Positions 60,903 to 64,000 of a DNA stretch of 64,000 nt are shown here, piece after piece. Position numbers and translations under genes: made by a program. This stretch comes from Lytechinus pictus (lineage: Eukaryota). Below the pieces are notes generated by a model, which ran no database searches, was not told the DNA's origin, and saw nothing but the letters and a program-made list of their open reading frames with translations. The stretch is from assembly GCF_037042905.1 (NCBI RefSeq), contig NC_087252.1, positions 12,588,001 through 12,652,000 of the forward strand, given 5' to 3'. Every line of letters starts with the position of its first letter. Position 1 is the stretch's first letter.

Positions 60903-63346
60903 TGCGTCAAAAAAATGCACTTTTGAAATGGCTACCAAACAAAAAATATGTCACTATGGGGAAAAATACCTATATATATGGAAAGCCAATAAAGTCAATT
61001 TTCAGATGACACCGAAAATTTGGAAAAATATTCATGCTTGAGCGAGCACTACCCACTTAAGCAAAGGGTATGGAAATTAGACTGGGCAGGAATTTGCCTT
61101 CCAATTTCTTTCAGTTTTTGAGATGCGAGTCCCTTGGAACTTGCAAAGTTGACGGTGTTCTGATAAATCAATAATCAAGCATTTATCAATTTAGGTTTTT
61201 AGAGCAAATTTTAAGAATAATTAAATTACAATTAATGCATGATAGGACATGAAATACAATTTTTAACTTTTTCACGTGAATCTCAGAAATAAAGAAGGGA
61301 TAGGACTTAGGTGGGGGAAGTAGGTTGATGGGATAAGGGTCAACAGATCACTTAACCCTCCTCCCTCCCTCTCTCTCTCTCTGCCCCTTTCACCCCTCCT
61401 GAGAAAATAGCCTTTGCTAGGTGGAGCAGGAATTAGCCTTCCAGGTTTCTTTTAGAGGTGAGTCCTTTGGAACTTGCAAAGTTAACCATATCTAGGCCGG
61501 GGGGCCTCCGAGGCCAACCCCCCCCCCCCCTAAACGAGTCGCGCGATATTTTCGCCGCGCAAATTTTTTTGACCGCGCTACTCGCTGACATTTTCTTTCA
61601 AGACTTGCACAACTTTTGATACCAATTTTGCATCACCCGGGTACGCGGTTACGAAATTACGCAACGTTATGTAAGTGCATGTCAGACCAACAAATGATTT
61701 CGTGTACAAAGTCAATGGAAATTGTGTTTTCAACCAAAAATCATAAATGTATGATTATTTTTAGTTTTGCTGGTCTAAATGTATTTATTTTATGCTGTTT
61801 ATGATCTAAGAAGATTCCCCGACAAATTTCATTGAAAAAACAATGAAACACAAGGGGTCCAAAAACAAAGAAATACATAAGAAATTGAAAAAAACAATAT
61901 AATACATACGAAATTGATCTGATATCACATTTTTTTTAATGTAAACTTGCTAAGAACACCAAAAAGAGTTTCTATGCCAAAAATTAGAACATTTGGAGCT
62001 TTATTTGTGGAGTAAGAGGAAAATGTATGATTTCGCATACTGATTACGCATAAATTAGCATAATTACTTAATAACAATTCACATGAAATTCGCGCGATCG
62101 CGCGGTCGACGGCCGAGATCTCAAGGGGTGCCTGGGAGCCCCCCCCCCCCCCCCAGCCATATGAACTCCCAAAATACCCCGGCCTAGATAGGGTTAAGGG
62201 TAGGGTGTTATGCTAAATTACTGATGAATGGAGATCAGTTTTGTTTTTTTACGCAAATTTCATGAGTTACAAAACTGAAATGTAGTACATGAGTAAACAG
62301 GAAGTATAATTTTAGTGTAGCATTTTTAGTTTTTTATGTGGATCTTAGCAAGTGTGCTTGTGAGAGTCAGAGTAATGTGATTGTACCTCTTACATGCAAG
62401 GGGCTGGGATAGGGTAAGACTGGGTTAAAGGGGCATTCTTCTTTGTGTTCTCTTACAAATTACATGCCATGTACCCACCCCCACCCTCCACCCCATTTCT
62501 TCCTCCTGGATGGTATTCAAAACTTAAACGCCAAGTGACTGATGGTTGATGGGTCTTTCTTTTCCATTAAATGATTATTAAGAACTTGACTAATTATGGT
62601 GATTTATGAAATAATTTATTGAAAAAGCTGAATTTTTGATTGATAATTTATTGAAAAAGATGAATATTTGATTGATCACAATGATTGAGTTGATTTACTA
62701 ACAAATTGTTGATTGAATGATTGATAAGTGAAAGTTGATGACCTAATTTTCACAATTTATTATCAAATTGCTAGTCCACTCTGGACTTAATGCGTACATG
62801 TAATAGCAATCAGTCTCAATCTCAGCAGGAGGAGGGGGGCGGACCTGAAGGAAGGAAGGCCAAACGTTCTGTTGACCCCTTTCCCATTAGCTTACTTCAC
62901 CCACTGAAGTCCTATCTTACCCATATTCTCCTGACTCCAATGAACACACTGCTGAGATCAACATTTTAAAGTTAAAATGCTGCACTAAAGATTGCAATTC
63001 ACGCTCACTCATACATGAAAATTCAATTTGATAATTCATGAAAATTGCTCCAATTTAAATCGATCATGAATGACAATTAATTTAATTTAGATTCATTTAA
63101 GTTTGCAAGTTCCGAGGGACTCGCCTCTCAAAAACTGACAGAAATCGAAAGGCTAATTCCTGCCCACCCTAATTTTCATACCCATTGTTTAAGTGGGTAG
63201 TGCTCACTCAAGCATGAATAGTTTTTCAACTTTTTGGTGTCATCTGAAAGTTGACTTCATTGGCTTTTGATATATATAGGTATATTCGCCAAAGTGACAT
63301 ATTTTTTGTTTGGTAGCCCTTTCAAAATTTTTTTGGAGACGCACTT
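60900..63346. mobile_element. Second Tc1/mariner-type long-TIR element in (TA)n (family of 50264-52070, interior in opposite orientation)
   Basis: CAGTGCGTC..TTTTGAAATGGCTACCAAAC start, inverted arm ending GACGCACTT; TA runs on both sides. Confidence 0.85.
61486..62193. mobile_element. piggyBac-like MITE
   Basis: TIR CC(A/C)TATCTAGGCCGGGG, TTAA TSD; empty site in the sister element at ~51440-51468 (reverse). Confidence 0.85.
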
Positions 63347-63386
<40 letters not shown>

Positions 63387-64000
63387 ATAAAGAAAGTAAG
63401 TCCCCCCTCAATCAAATTGCCGTAACTTTTGAACGGAATTGTTTTGAGATATGATATTTCGTAGGTCGTTTTCTACACTCATTAAGCAACTCCAGGGAAA
63501 AATGAGATTGATCGGTTGAGTCATGCATGAGTAATTAAAGATTGAATTAAAAATGACCATTTTGTGCAAATACAAAGTTGGGCAAAAGTTGTTGTTAGGT
63601 GAATTTTATGGTGATAATGCTCTTTTACCATCATTTAGCCACTCCACACACAATTTTGATATCGTATATGTTCATGGTTGAGTGAGCACAATATTGCAGG
63701 GGCCGTAGAAGCGGGTGGGGGGCTGCCCCCTTCCCCCCCCCCCCCCCACACTTTTTTCAAAAAGCATGTACGCGCTATTTCACGAATTATCCCGCTAATT
63801 CGTCGGTGCAGACACACTCGAGATTGGACTCGGGGTAATTTATTCATGACGTCAGTCCATATTGCAAATCGCGTTCCACTTCCGCCTTGGTCAAAACATA
63901 AACACGTGCGAAAATCTATTTTATACACGCGAATAGACATTATCGCGAATAGCGTTCATCAATTCCCCAATCAGCAACGATGGTGTCCCAACAGTGAATG

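Overview
AT-rich, repeat-dense animal (eukaryotic) genomic DNA. The repeat types suggest an echinoderm, probably a sea urchin; this is inference, not a database result. Only one long ORF is genuine: an intact APE+RT ORF2 of a CR1/L2-group LINE (53376-56486, minus). The rest is mostly a mosaic of decayed LINEs, a Penelope-like remnant, tRNA-derived SINEs, two Helentron/DINE-1-like tandem-repeat elements and many non-autonomous TIR transposons, often nested up to five deep, with TSDs and in-window empty sites. Between the repeats are four homologous, phase-0/phase-0, stop-free candidate exons on the minus strand (57485-57607, 41752-41889, 39354-39464, 23182-23298). They look like a fast-evolving repeated exon module of an unidentified host gene and are the best candidate for something undescribed. 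Five hammerhead-ribozyme motifs of the Penelope-associated type are also present, two with complete cores and stems. Superfamily labels for non-autonomous elements rest only on termini and TSDs. Nearly all short ORFs in the supplied track are spurious.
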